NCBI GenBank assembly: GCA_002011035.2
Contig: MTLY02000001.1
Coordinates: 448,001-512,000, forward strand
DNA length: 64,000 nucleotides
Reading direction: 5' to 3'
From: Candidatus Hecatella orcuttiae
Lineage (GTDB): Archaea > Thermoproteota > Bathyarchaeia > Hecatellales > Hecatellaceae
A program made the translations under genes and the position numbers. Shown here piece by piece: positions 28,343 to 37,956 of this stretch. The notes beneath the pieces were generated by a model, which saw nothing but the letters and a program-made list of their open reading frames with translations, had not been told where the DNA came from and did no database searches. Each line of letters opens with the position of its first letter. Within the stretch, counting starts at the first letter, position 1.

Positions 28343-29200
28343 ATGCCAAAAATAGAGTTGGAAGAAGAAGCCGAGGAAGAAGAGGAGGCTGCCGAGGTTG
28401 AGGAGGTCTCTGTGAAGCCGGGGAACCTCCCCATATACGACTTGAGGGGGAGAGTGAGAGGCGAGGTTTCACCGCCCAAAGTGCTGGCAACCCCCATCAG
28501 GCCGGATGTGATCAAAAGAGCTGTGGTGGCCCTGCAGAGTCGGAGACATCAACCCCAAGGCCGGGACCCCATGGCTGGAAAGAGAACCACCGCCCAGTCC
28601 TTGGGTGTAGGGTTGGGAATAGCTAGGATCCCCCGGGTCAAAGGCCGCGGTACCCCCAGAGCCGGCCAAGGGGCCTTTGCCCCTGGAACAGTCGGGGGGA
28701 GACTGGCTCATCCGCCTGTGGCTTGGAAGAATATTCTGAAACACATCAACGAGAAGGAGAGAAAACTGGCGTTGAAGTCAGCCATCGCCGCCTCCGCTCA
28801 GAGGGAACTGGTGGAGGCCCGAGGGCATAGGATAGACGCTGTTAAAAGTCTGCCCCTAGTGGTTCAGGACGAATTGGAGGGAATCAAGCGTACGGGAACC
28901 CTGCGAATGGTTCTGAGGGTCTTGGGGTTGCAGGCGGAGTTGGAGCGGGTGGAGGAAAGCCGTAAGGTTCGAAGCGGCAAAGGTAAACTCAGAGGCAGAA
29001 AACTAAAGCAGAAGAAGGGCCCCCTCATCGTAGTTCAGGGAGACGGAACTCTCAGAAGAGCAGCCTCCAACATCCCCGGAGTCGACGTGGCGAAGGTGGA
29101 AAGCCTCAACGCGGAGCTTCTCGCCCCCGGAGCCCATCCCGGACGGCTTACGATTTGGAGCGAGTCAGCCTTTAAGAGGCTGGGAGAGCTTTTCTCTTGA
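28343..29200 (+). CDS. rpl4: 50S ribosomal protein uL4
   Basis: [49 protein letters not shown]; acidic N-extension or alternative GTG 28412. Confidence 0.97.
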   Translation: MPKIELEEEAEEEEEAAEVEEVSVKPGNLPIYDLRGRVRGEVSPPKVLATPIRPDVIKRAVVALQSRRHQPQGRDPMAGKRTTAQSLGVGLGIARIPRVKGRGTPRAGQGAFAPGTVGGRLAHPPVAWKNILKHINEKERKLALKSAIAASAQRELVEARGHRIDAVKSLPLVVQDELEGIKRTGTLRMVLRVLGLQAELERVEESRKVRSGKGKLRGRKLKQKKGPLIVVQGDGTLRRAASNIPGVDVAKVESLNAELLAPGAHPGRLTIWSESAFKRLGELFS

Positions 29201-29216
29201 AGGAGGTGCCTGGGTT

Positions 29217-29483
29217 TTGAAGCTCAGCCCCCATAAGGTCATCCTTCATCCGGTGATAACCGAGGATGCTGTGGCCCTCATCGAAACCGAAAACAAGCTG
29301 GTCTTCGTCGTCGACAGGAGGGCGGGTAAGGAGCAGATAAAGAGGACGGTGGAAACCCTCTACAAGGTAGGCGTGGAGAAGGTGAACACTGTCATAACCC
29401 CCAGAGGGCAGAAGAAAGCCTTCATCAAGCTTAAACCCGAATTTAAGGCTTCAGAAATAGCCATAAAGCTGGGCATCCTCTAA
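29217..29483 (+). CDS. rpl23: 50S ribosomal protein uL23
   Basis: [28 protein letters not shown]. Confidence 0.96.
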   Translation: MKLSPHKVILHPVITEDAVALIETENKLVFVVDRRAGKEQIKRTVETLYKVGVEKVNTVITPRGQKKAFIKLKPEFKASEIAIKLGIL

Positions 29484-29501
29484 AGGACCAACCGCTAACC
29501 C

Positions 29502-29534
29502 ATGGGCAAATGAATTAAAGCGATTCGTTGAAGG
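29502..29534 (+). pseudogene. Possible decayed 5' end of rpl2
   Basis: ATG GGC AAA TGA ATT AAA GCG ATT CGT TGA AGG = MGK*IKAIR*R vs MGKRLRVQRRG at 42298; 18 nt after rpl23 stop. Confidence 0.5.
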
Positions 29535-29537
29535 GCA

Positions 29538-29940
29538 TCAATCGCTTTTGCTAACCATACTGTCCCGAAGAAGATAGAGGGAATACAAGTCCTGAGCAGA
29601 TTGGAACTCATATAAATTGTGGAAGAAAGTTTGCGTTTTCAACGGCATACGGCTATATTTTTTATGGCATTCGGAATTCTCGCTGGGAAGATGTTTAGCC
29701 GTCCCTTCCTTGCCTCGCATCTTAGATATAACGGGCTTCATGATGTCGGCATCTAGAATGCCTATTAGGTTTGGTCGACCCTTCCATGCTAGGGCAGTTG
29801 CCAAGTTTCCTGTTACCGTGCTTTTCCCAACGCCACCTTTACCGCTTAGAATGACCAGTTTATGTTTGACCCTTGCCATTGAGGTTTTGATGCAGTGTTC
29901 TTGTTCTTCAATTTCTTTTCTTCGGTCTTTCGTGGGCAGC
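29538..29940 (-). pseudogene. Truncated Mrp/NBP35 (ApbC) Fe-S carrier ATPase
   Basis: VKHKLVILSGKGGVGKSTVTGNLATALA...GILDADI, then similarity is lost. Confidence 0.75.
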
Positions 29941-29950
29941 CCACCTGAAT

Positions 29951-30535
29951 TTACCCTTTCTCAAGTTCTTCCATTCTTTTCTTAACCTGTTCCAGCTGCT
30001 GCTGTAGGTTTTTTATATGGTTTTCAAGCATCTGCATTTCTTGCTCCTTTGACGCAGAGCGATCTGCCACGGAAGAGATACCGGTTGGTGGTTGAGTGGG
30101 ATAAGGCGGGGTAATCTGTCCTCTTCCCCGGCCCATACCTCGGCCCACGCCTCTTCCGCGGCCCATACCTGAGCCCATTCCAAAACCCATGGGAGCGGTA
30201 GGGCCGCCGGTAGCGGTTAGTTGACCTTTCTTGAATCTCTCAACAGCCTCCCTGACCGTGCCTGATGCACCCGTTATGAGTTCGATTCCTGCTGATGAGA
30301 GGACCTGGTAGGCGTTGGGGCCGACGTTTCCTGTTATGACTACTTTTACTCCTTTGTTTGCAACTGTTTGTGCTGCTTGGATTCCGGCGCCGCCCATAGC
30401 ACCTGCGCTGATGTTGGGTATGGCCTCAAACTCCATGGTTTCGCTGTTAACTATTACAAAACACTGGCATCTTCCGAATCGCGGGTCAATTTGAGCGTCT
30501 AAATCGCCGGAAACAGCGCTTACACAAATCTTCAT
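29951..30535 (-). CDS. NifB/NifX-family protein fused to Gly/Arg-rich linker and coiled coil
   Basis: DPRFGRCQCF, GAGIQAAQ, TGNVGPNA; GMGRGRGVGRGMGRGRG; SKEQEMQMLE...VKKRMEEL. Confidence 0.88.
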   Translation of the reverse strand: MKICVSAVSGDLDAQIDPRFGRCQCFVIVNSETMEFEAIPNISAGAMGGAGIQAAQTVANKGVKVVITGNVGPNAYQVLSSAGIELITGASGTVREAVERFKKGQLTATGGPTAPMGFGMGSGMGRGRGVGRGMGRGRGQITPPYPTQPPTGISSVADRSASKEQEMQMLENHIKNLQQQLEQVKKRMEELEKG

Positions 30536-30559
30536 CCATCATGCCTCCTTTTAAGAATA

Positions 30560-30619
30560 TGTGCATTACCACAAAATATAAATATTGCTATTGCACAAAA
30601 TGTTATGTGCAAAAACACA
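30560..30619. promoter_or_regulatory. Three tandem TGTGCA-N2-TGCACA-like sites in a divergent promoter
   Basis: TGTGCATTACCACA (30560), ATTGCTATTGCACA (30584), TGTGCAAAAACACA (30606); related sites at 33652 and ~42187. Confidence 0.55.
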
Positions 30620-30644
30620 TAATTGAGAGGAGAGCTAAATATAA

Positions 30645-30956
30645 ATGGCTTGGGGTTGGTTCGGTCGAGGTCGTGGCGGATGGGCTGGTCCATGGCCAGG
30701 AAGAGGCCCGTTCAGCTACCTGCCTCCTTGGCAGAGACCGGGGTGGTGGTTCGGCAGAGGAGCATATTGGTGGCTCCTCGCACCCTATATCTGGAGCCAA
30801 TACGGGTATCCCAGCTACTATGGATATCCACCTTTCAGATATCAAGCCTACGGTCCATACTCACCACCGCTCGGCTATCCGGCTTACGCGCCTTGGCCGT
30901 ACTTAGGTTATCTAGCCACCGCTCAACAGTATAGATTCCCTCCCCTCTGGTGGTGA
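30645..30956 (+). CDS. Small Gly/Trp/Tyr/Pro-rich low-complexity protein
   Basis: GRGRGGWAGPWPGRGPFSYLPPWQRPGW; SD GAGAGGAG; paralogous remnant at ~42.1 kb. Confidence 0.7.
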   Translation: MAWGWFGRGRGGWAGPWPGRGPFSYLPPWQRPGWWFGRGAYWWLLAPYIWSQYGYPSYYGYPPFRYQAYGPYSPPLGYPAYAPWPYLGYLATAQQYRFPPLWW

Positions 30957-31318
30957 AAGACATGGGTTATAGATGGAGAAGAATGTATTACGCCACAGGT
31001 CTGCCCGGATGGATGAGGTTCGGTTATTCTCCCGGATGGGTGGGCAGATCCCCGACAGGGCTGCCTCCAACTGCTGAATGGTTGATGGTAAGCGGATTAG
31101 TGCCGCAGTACCGTGAATACCTCAGAACACAAGCACTTACTTCTCCGACTGCTGTTCCGTCGACAGCACCGACGCCATCGCTAGGCATCCCGGTAACAAA
31201 GGAACAGGAAAGACAGATGCTCGAGCATCAAGTGAAGGCCATCGAATCCCAACTGGATGCCACGAAAAGGAAACTGGAAAAATTACGCGAGAGCACCTCA
31301 ACCCGGCAACAGCAGTAA
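30950..31318 (+). CDS. DUF5320-like protein (aromatic N-terminus plus coiled coil)
   Basis: GYRWRRMYYATGLPGWMRFGY; TKEQERQMLEHQVKAIESQL; frame continues past the TAA. Confidence 0.75.
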   Translation: MVKDMGYRWRRMYYATGLPGWMRFGYSPGWVGRSPTGLPPTAEWLMVSGLVPQYREYLRTQALTSPTAVPSTAPTPSLGIPVTKEQERQMLEHQVKAIESQLDATKRKLEKLRESTSTRQQQ

Positions 31319-31504
31319 ATTCCATCATACTATCCAGTTGCACCCTACGGTTACCCGCCGATACCCTACGGTACTCCGTCACCTGAAGAAGAACTAACTT
31401 CACTCGAAGACTACAGGAAAAACCTAGGCGATGAAGTCAAAGGCGTAGAGGCTAGAATCGAAGAGTTGAAGAAACTCGTAGAGCAAAAAAAGACCTCCAC
31501 ATAA
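31319..31504 (+). pseudogene. In-frame C-terminal module cut off by a premature TAA
   Basis: IPSYYPVAPYGYPPIPYGTPSPEEELTSLEDYRKNLGDEVKGVEARIEELKKLVEQKKTST*; no obvious own start. Confidence 0.65.
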
Positions 31505-31541
31505 ACGGCTGATAGACCTCATAACGCCTTCCGGTAAGTAG

Positions 31542-31770
31542 ATGGACAAAGAAAGAGCTCGAATAACCGTAGCCAGCTAAAGGAGACTTAGATTATTGTA
31601 TCAAACGTATTCGGTAAGACTGTTACATTCACCCTCACGGATATCGTAAAGGACAACTAAAAATGTGGAAGTACCTAATTCAGCTACATCCTATGAACAT
31701 GTAACCAAACCTATCGTTGTAAAGACTGTTGCAGATTCTGGAGTAAACGTGATAATACAAGTGAGACAGG
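31542..31770 (+). pseudogene. Frameshifted NifB/NifX-family remnant
   Basis: Pieces RITVAS / VSNVFGKTVTFTLTDI / NVEVPNSATSYEH..PIVVKTVADSGVNVII align with the 41606-41875 NifX. Confidence 0.55.
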
Positions 31771-31786
31771 TTTTGGCGAATCAGCG

Positions 31787-32269
31787 TTGCCAAACAACAT
31801 AAACATGTCTCATGAAGTTAAGATATCAAAGATAACCAAAGCAAAGAGGTCTAAGAGTGTTGAAGATTACTTAGAAGCAATATACAATTCGACAAAAAAG
31901 GGCTACGCCAGAAACCTCGAGATCTCCTTCGCCTTAAAAGTCCGACCGCCCAGCGTCACTGAAATGCTACAGAAACTACATCGGAACAAGTTAGTTGTCT
32001 ACGAAAAACGTAAAGGAGTAAAGCTTACACCGAAAGGCGAAAAGCTGGCGAGGACTATAAAACAAAACCACACAATTCTAAAAGAATTTTTTATCGCTCT
32101 AGGTTTAAGCGAGGAAATAGCTGAAGAGAATGCATGCTTAGTTGAGCATTGTATTAATCCTTCAACGGTAAAACGGTTAAGGAAATTTATGCGATACATC
32201 TACAAAATAAATGCAAGAGAGTCAAATGATAGAATGATGCAACTGCCCAAACTTAAAGAGCATCTTTAG
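31787..32269 (+). CDS. DtxR/MntR-family metal-dependent regulator
   Basis: SVEDYLEAIY, VRPPSVTEMLQKL, LTPKGE, NACLVEHCI. Confidence 0.9.
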   Translation: MPNNINMSHEVKISKITKAKRSKSVEDYLEAIYNSTKKGYARNLEISFALKVRPPSVTEMLQKLHRNKLVVYEKRKGVKLTPKGEKLARTIKQNHTILKEFFIALGLSEEIAEENACLVEHCINPSTVKRLRKFMRYIYKINARESNDRMMQLPKLKEHL

Positions 32270-32327
32270 GATTGCTGTTAAAAGAATATAGGGAAACCTT
32301 CGTATTAATAACCAATAAGTAAAGGCG

Positions 32328-32660
32328 GTGCTTATGGCTGGATATCAATGGCGTTGGAGAGGGGGACGAGGACCCGGACGCCCCATGAAGCCGAGAACTA
32401 TAGGAAAGCAGCCGATCATAACACGGTTTGTTCCCGTAATTCCGCCGGAAAAAGTTGATTCACACGGAAAAGAACCTATCGTTATGTCTCAAGATGAATT
32501 TGAAGCTCTTAGGCTTATTGACTATTTAGGCTTATTACAAGAGGAGGCGTCTAAACAGATGGGAATATCTAGGGGTACGGTATGGCGTTGCTTGGACAGT
32601 GCTAGAAGAAAGGTTGCGGCAATGCTTGCTGAGGGACGCGAACTCACTATTGCCACTTGA
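32328..32660 (+). CDS. DUF134 HTH protein
   Basis: GRPMKPR, DEFEALRLIDYLGLLQEEASKQMGISRGT..LDSARRKVA. Confidence 0.9.
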   Translation: MLMAGYQWRWRGGRGPGRPMKPRTIGKQPIITRFVPVIPPEKVDSHGKEPIVMSQDEFEALRLIDYLGLLQEEASKQMGISRGTVWRCLDSARRKVAAMLAEGRELTIAT

Positions 32661-32858
32661 GCATTAATACGAATCGATAAAATCCCCTTAGTATGAAAAA
32701 AGCACGTCAATAATAAAGCAGGCTGTTACCTTAAAAAATGCTCTTGAGTTCCAGAGCAACGTTGCACCTGCAGAGGACAAGAACCTAGAGGGCCACGAAG
32801 TCATGCCTGAACCATAAATTGGATAAACTTTATTTTTTATAGGATAAACTGGGAAAGG

Positions 32859-33512
32859 TTGATGATAAGACATATCCTGCTCGAGTTAAAATATCATTCA
32901 CCTTTTACCTTTATAGGAACTGTTATCGGTATCTCAACTGCCATGGTTTTCTCATTCCTTTTACCAACATCTTTAAGCTTATCGGAGGCTATTTTTCACG
33001 TTTTTCATCCACTTCATATATTATTGAGTGCAACCGCAACTGCGTCTGTTTTTTGGAGGCATAAAAAACAAGTTTCTGAGGCGTTTTTAATTGGTATGTT
33101 TGGGTCTCTAGGCATTTGCAGTATTTCTGACATAATTTTTCCGTATTTGGGTTTATTATCTATTGAAGAAGTGGAATTTCATGTCTGTATTTTAACTCAT
33201 CCGCAAATAGTTTTTCCAGCAGCTTTTATTGGAGTTGTTTTTGGGATCTTATTCACCGAACTCACAAGAAAATCGAGCTTATTCTCACATAGCTCCCATG
33301 TTCTTGTTTCGGCTTTAGCATCAACATTTTACATGGTCGGTTATGGAGAATTACCTTTAATTCAAATACTGCCAATAGGTTTTGCAATAATATTTGTTTC
33401 AGTTTTAATTCCATGCTGTACCTCAGACATAGCTTTTCCGATGTTATTCATAGGCAGAACTACTGATGAAGTTAAATGTATAGGTAAGATAAAACATCAC
33501 CAAGAAAAATAG
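32859..33512 (+). CDS. His/Cys-rich integral membrane protein, putative metal transporter
   Basis: About six hydrophobic segments; HSPFT, FHVFHPLH, CSISD, SHSSH, PCCTSD. Confidence 0.7.
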   Translation: MMIRHILLELKYHSPFTFIGTVIGISTAMVFSFLLPTSLSLSEAIFHVFHPLHILLSATATASVFWRHKKQVSEAFLIGMFGSLGICSISDIIFPYLGLLSIEEVEFHVCILTHPQIVFPAAFIGVVFGILFTELTRKSSLFSHSSHVLVSALASTFYMVGYGELPLIQILPIGFAIIFVSVLIPCCTSDIAFPMLFIGRTTDEVKCIGKIKHHQEK

Positions 33513-33652
33513 TAGTTTTAATTAATTCACAACAGCTTTTATACCCATTAAGGTGCCTATGAAGTTAAAAATCCATGTTAGAGCTTTACCTGTTCATTGT
33601 AGCAGGTTGTCGTCATAACTTAAGCTTTTAATGAGAGTAAGATTTATATTTT

Positions 33653-33967
33653 GTGCATTTGCAATTTTTTAATGTCCGAAAACCTCTTGAGGGGGTGGTT
33701 GTCTTGCCTTACGGTATGGGTCTATGGGGTTGGTTTATAATGCCGTACCCTTACTGGGGTTGGAGTAGGTGTAGGTGGTTCCCTTGGCTTCCCCGATGGT
33801 GGTGGACAGGAATCTATGGGTCCATAACTCCCTTTACAGCTTGGTATGGGCAACCATGGCTTTCAAGGGAAGAGGAAGTGAGATTTCTGGAAGAACAGAA
33901 GAAGCTCTTGGAAGAGCAGCTAAACTGGTTAAGAAAAAGAGTGGAAGAACTAAAAACACAGAAATAG
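33653..33967 (+). CDS. DUF5320-like small protein (Trp/Tyr-rich plus coiled coil)
   Basis: RCRWFPWLPRWWWTG; SREEEVRFLEEQKKLLEEQLNWLRKRVEEL; real start probably ~33705. Confidence 0.7.
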   Translation: MHLQFFNVRKPLEGVVVLPYGMGLWGWFIMPYPYWGWSRCRWFPWLPRWWWTGIYGSITPFTAWYGQPWLSREEEVRFLEEQKKLLEEQLNWLRKRVEELKTQK

Positions 33968-33991
33968 GCACATGTATAGAGGAGGAAAAAA

Positions 33992-34357
33992 ATGAAAGTA
34001 GCCATCCCAACAAAGGGAAATAGAGGTATGGATGAATATGTAAGTGAACACTTTGGAAGGGCACCAACCTTCACCATCGTGGACTTGACTGCAAATGAAG
34101 TAAAAATAATTCCAAACACAAGTGAACATATGGGTGGTTCTGGCTATCCACCTGAAATAATGGCAAGTGAAGGTGTAGATGCAATGCTTTGCTCTAGTCT
34201 AGGGCCGAGAGCCATACAAATGTTTGAGCAATATGGTATTGAGGTTTATGTTGGTGCATACGGAACAGTGCGAAACGCCATTCAAGCATGGCAAGCTGGA
34301 AAGCTTCAAGTAGCTACTGATGAAAATGCATGTAGAATGCATCGACACCATGAATGA
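33992..34357 (+). CDS. NifB/NifX-family protein
   Basis: MKVAIPT, VSEHFGRAPTFTIVD, LGPRA, terminal ACRMHRHHE. Confidence 0.9.
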   Translation: MKVAIPTKGNRGMDEYVSEHFGRAPTFTIVDLTANEVKIIPNTSEHMGGSGYPPEIMASEGVDAMLCSSLGPRAIQMFEQYGIEVYVGAYGTVRNAIQAWQAGKLQVATDENACRMHRHHE

Positions 34358-34363
34358 TCTATC

Positions 34364-35203
34364 ATGAATATAGCGGTGGCAAGTGGTAAAGGAGGAACAG
34401 GAAAAACCACTGTAGCCGTAAACCTAGCACTTTCACTTGAAAATGTTCAGCTTTTAGATTGCGACGTAGAGGAGCCTAACGTTCACATTTTCTTAAACCC
34501 GCAAGTTAACGGCGTCAGAAATGTTTACATACCAGTGCCTAAAGTTGACGAGAAGCTTTGTGATTATTGTGGAAAATGTTCTGAATTTTGCGAATTCCAC
34601 GCAATTGCCGTGATTGCAAAGAAGATACTGGTTTTCCCGAAATTATGTCATGGCTGCGGTGGATGCTTTCTTGTCTGCCCTAAGGGTACTATAAGTGAGA
34701 AGAAGAGAAAGATAGGCGTAGTTAAGAAAGGAACTGCTGCCAAAAACATAGAGATAGTATATGGAGAGTTGAATGTAGGAGAACCGATGTCCAAGCCGGT
34801 GATAAGAGAAGTTAGGAGAGAAAAAGATCCCGGCAAGATAACGATAATTGATGCCCCACCCGGAACCGCTTGCCCTGTGATAGCTTCGGTGTATGGCAGT
34901 GACTACTGTATTCTTGTCACAGACCCTACACCCTTCGGTTTACATGACTTAAAATTGATGGTTGATGTTTTAAGGAAAATTTCCATTCCTTTAGGGATTG
35001 TTGTAAACCGCTCTGGGATCGGCGATGAAAAACTTTACGAATACTGTGAAAAGGAAAAGATTCCGATCCTACTGGAAATACCGTTCAAAAGAAGAATAGC
35101 GGAACTATACTCCCGTGGTATACCCTTCATAACAGAAATGCCTGAGTGGAAAAGTAGATTTCTAGCACTCTTCGAAAATATTAGGATGTATGAAGGCAGA
35201 TGA
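34364..35203 (+). CDS. MinD-superfamily P-loop ATPase with ferredoxin insert (COG1149)
   Basis: SGKGGTGKTT, DCDVEEPN, CDYCGKC..C, CHGCGGC..CP, DAPPGTACP, TPFGLHDL. Confidence 0.92.
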   Translation: MNIAVASGKGGTGKTTVAVNLALSLENVQLLDCDVEEPNVHIFLNPQVNGVRNVYIPVPKVDEKLCDYCGKCSEFCEFHAIAVIAKKILVFPKLCHGCGGCFLVCPKGTISEKKRKIGVVKKGTAAKNIEIVYGELNVGEPMSKPVIREVRREKDPGKITIIDAPPGTACPVIASVYGSDYCILVTDPTPFGLHDLKLMVDVLRKISIPLGIVVNRSGIGDEKLYEYCEKEKIPILLEIPFKRRIAELYSRGIPFITEMPEWKSRFLALFENIRMYEGR

Positions 35204-36069
35204 AGCAGATAGCCATAATCAGCGGGAAGGGAGGAACAGGAAAAACAACACTTACCGCTTCCTTTGCGGCTCTGGCAAAAAACGTTGTAGTGGCCGACTG
35301 CGATGTAGACGCAGCTGACCTTCATCTACTTCTAGAACCGAGGGCGGTGGCTAAGCATGAATTCAGGGGATCTAGGATTCCTATAATCGACGAGTTGGCA
35401 TGTACGAAATGCGGAAAATGCGAAGAAGCTTGCAGATTTAACGCAATAAAAGAGTTTACAGTCAACCTTAACCTTTGTGAAGGATGCGGTGTCTGTGCCT
35501 ATATTTGTCCAACAAGCGCGATAAGTCTTAAGGAGAAAGTATCTGGGCAAGCGTTTATTTCCAAAACTAGATTTGGCCCTATGGCTCATGCAAGGTTAGG
35601 TATTGCGGAAGAAAACTCAGGTAAACTGGTCACACATGTAAGAAATAATGCCAAACAAATAGCTGAAAATGAGAGTAGAAGCTTAATACTGATAGACGGC
35701 CCCCCTGGTATCGGGTGCCCAGTAATAGCATCGCTTACTGGGGTTAACTTGGTTGTGGTGGTTACCGAGCCTACTGTGTCTGGGCTGCATGACCTAGAGA
35801 GAATCTTAGGCGTAGCTGAGCATTTTAGGGTGTTTTCTCTTGTTTGCATAAACATGTACAACATCAATAAAGAAAATACAGAGAAAATAATTGAAATGTG
35901 TAAGCGAAAAGGAATAGATGTTGTGGGAAAGATACCTTTCGACCCTATGGTAACAGAAGCAATGGTTGCAGGAAAAACTGTGATCGAATATTCCCCAAAC
36001 AGCGAAATCTCAAAAAAAATAGAGGAAATATGGAACAAGGTTCTAGATACTCTGAACCAATCAGCCTAA
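35200..36069 (+). CDS. MinD-superfamily P-loop ATPase with ferredoxin insert (COG1149), second paralog
   Basis: SGKGGTGKTT, DCDVDAADL, CTKCGKC, CEGCGVC, EENSGKLV, DGPPGIGCP; ATGA overlap. Confidence 0.92.
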   Translation: MKQIAIISGKGGTGKTTLTASFAALAKNVVVADCDVDAADLHLLLEPRAVAKHEFRGSRIPIIDELACTKCGKCEEACRFNAIKEFTVNLNLCEGCGVCAYICPTSAISLKEKVSGQAFISKTRFGPMAHARLGIAEENSGKLVTHVRNNAKQIAENESRSLILIDGPPGIGCPVIASLTGVNLVVVVTEPTVSGLHDLERILGVAEHFRVFSLVCINMYNINKENTEKIIEMCKRKGIDVVGKIPFDPMVTEAMVAGKTVIEYSPNSEISKKIEEIWNKVLDTLNQSA

Positions 36070-36086
36070 AGGAAGCTGAAAAGTAA

Positions 36087-37076
36087 ATGCCATCTCCTTC
36101 AACGGTATACGGTCCTGTTCCTTCATGGCGTTTGGGACTATCGCTAGGAATAGACCCGTTAATGCCGCCGAAAACCTGCACCTTTGACTGTATCTACTGT
36201 CAGTTGGGTAGAACCGCAAAAAAAGTTTCAAAACCTGAAGAGTTAAAGACAACCGTCACAGTGGAAAAGATTATGGAAGATTTGGAGAAGACTTTAGAAA
36301 GTACCCCTCTAGAGAGCATCGACCATGTGACCTTCTCTGGATCTGGTGAGCCTACGTTAAACTTACAGCTTGGTGAAATGATTGATCATGTTAAAAATAT
36401 CGTAGGCTCCAGTAAACCTGTAGTTGTTTTAACCAACGCTTCCCTAGTCTGCCGTAAAGATGTGAGAGCAAATTTAGCTGAGGCAGACCTGGTTATAGCA
36501 AAGTTGGATGCGCCCACTCAACACTTATTCGAATCTATCAACCGCCCAGCCGAGAATTTGAAGTTGACATCCGTCGTTAAGGGGTTAAGGGCGTTAAGGC
36601 GGGAAACCTTTGGAAGACTGGCATTGCAAATGATGTTCCTGAAATCAGCCACAGACAAGAATACCAACCATCAATATGCCACGGTTAAACGCCTAGCAGA
36701 AATCGCCAGCAGCATAGACCCGGATGAAGTTCAAATAAATACACCGACAAGACCGCCGTCTCGAGAGGATGTAACACCCCTTCATTTATCAGAGATTAAA
36801 GAAATATCAAGGATTATGACGGAAGTATTACCGAGGGTTAGGATACTCGCCAAAGGCAACCATGGCCAAATGAAGGAAAGGAAAAAGAAGGATTCAGTTT
36901 TAGAAACGGAGATATTAGGTCTTTTAAAACGGAGGCCCTGCCGGCTAGTCGACCTAGCAGAAGCGTTCGGTGTAAATGAAGGAAACGTGAAGTTTTACAT
37001 AAATAAACTAGTGGCTTCGGGAGGAGTTACCTCGGTAAGGCTTCATGGGGAAATCTATTATGAAACAGTAAGGTGA
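36087..37076 (+). CDS. Radical SAM protein (COG0731-like) with C-terminal wHTH
   Basis: YGPVPSWRLGLSLGID, CTFDCIYC, SGSGEPTL, INTPTRPP, LLKRRPC. Confidence 0.88.
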   Translation: MPSPSTVYGPVPSWRLGLSLGIDPLMPPKTCTFDCIYCQLGRTAKKVSKPEELKTTVTVEKIMEDLEKTLESTPLESIDHVTFSGSGEPTLNLQLGEMIDHVKNIVGSSKPVVVLTNASLVCRKDVRANLAEADLVIAKLDAPTQHLFESINRPAENLKLTSVVKGLRALRRETFGRLALQMMFLKSATDKNTNHQYATVKRLAEIASSIDPDEVQINTPTRPPSREDVTPLHLSEIKEISRIMTEVLPRVRILAKGNHGQMKERKKKDSVLETEILGLLKRRPCRLVDLAEAFGVNEGNVKFYINKLVASGGVTSVRLHGEIYYETVR

Positions 37077-37082
37077 GAGCAG

Positions 37083-37943
37083 ACGGTTAAAGAGTTACGT
37101 TTAACGGTAGTGGTAGAAGATTCAACTAGCTTAGAAAACCCGCAACTTTTAGCTAAGCATGGACTATGCATCTTTGTGGAAGTAAAAATAGATGAGTTGC
37201 AGGAAGTTGCGATAATGATGGATACTGGTCCTTCCCCGGAGGTTATATCCCATAATATCAACATACTAAATCTTGACGTAAATAAAATAGATGCCATAGT
37301 CCTCAGCCACGGGCATTACGATCATGTCGGCGGCCTCCAAGAGCTCTTAAAGCGAATAAGCAAGCAAATTCCGGTGGTAGCGCACCCAAAAATCTTCAAT
37401 CCAAAATTCTCTTACAAACCTTCTCTGCGGTATATTGGAGCATCGTTTAAGCAATCCAACGTTGAAACAGCCGCAGCGTTACTTTTCGCCTCCAACCCTG
37501 TTACCATCGCCAAGGGAGTTATGACGACGGGGGAGATAGAACGTAAAGTAAAATTTGAAAAGGTTGATGAGTTTCTGACGGTGGAGGAGGGAATGTTCAA
37601 GCAGGACATCTTTCAAGACGACCAAGCACTTGTCGTCAGTTTAGACGGTAAGGGTCTTGTAGTCATTTCAGGTTGTGCTCACTCAGGTTTAATCAATACT
37701 ATTAAACATGCACAAAAGATAACAGGTGTAAGCAATGTCTACGCTGTGCTCGGCGGCTTCCACTTGCTTAAAGCTAATGAGGATAGAATCGAAGCAACGA
37801 TAGATGAACTGCTTAAATTAAACTTGAAAATGGTGAGGCCTTGCCATTGCACTGGTCATAGAGCGGTTAACCGCTTGACTGGTGCCTTCGGGGAACGTTG
37901 TGTTCCCATAAAAACCGGAGATGTTGTAAAAATACAAAGTTGA
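37083..37943 (+). CDS. Metallo-beta-lactamase-fold hydrolase (COG1237)
   Basis: HGL, DTG, LSHGHYDHVGG, DDQAL, GCAHSG, GGFHL, PCHCTG; conserved first strand begins at ACG 37083 (track start 37110). Confidence 0.88.
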   Translation, partial: TVKELRLTVVVEDSTSLENPQLLAKHGLCIFVEVKIDELQEVAIMMDTGPSPEVISHNINILNLDVNKIDAIVLSHGHYDHVGGLQELLKRISKQIPVVAHPKIFNPKFSYKPSLRYIGASFKQSNVETAAALLFASNPVTIAKGVMTTGEIERKVKFEKVDEFLTVEEGMFKQDIFQDDQALVVSLDGKGLVVISGCAHSGLINTIKHAQKITGVSNVYAVLGGFHLLKANEDRIEATIDELLKLNLKMVRPCHCTGHRAVNRLTGAFGERCVPIKTGDVVKIQS

Positions 37944-37956
37944 AGAGGGATATAAA

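Noticed and set aside
31316-31318. Sec/Pyl recoding of the internal stop
   Set aside because: The stop is TAA, which is not recoded to Sec or Pyl; a CAA-to-TAA mutation is simpler
32661-32858. Possible pseudogene fragment between DUF134 and the membrane protein
   Set aside because: No family recognisable in any frame
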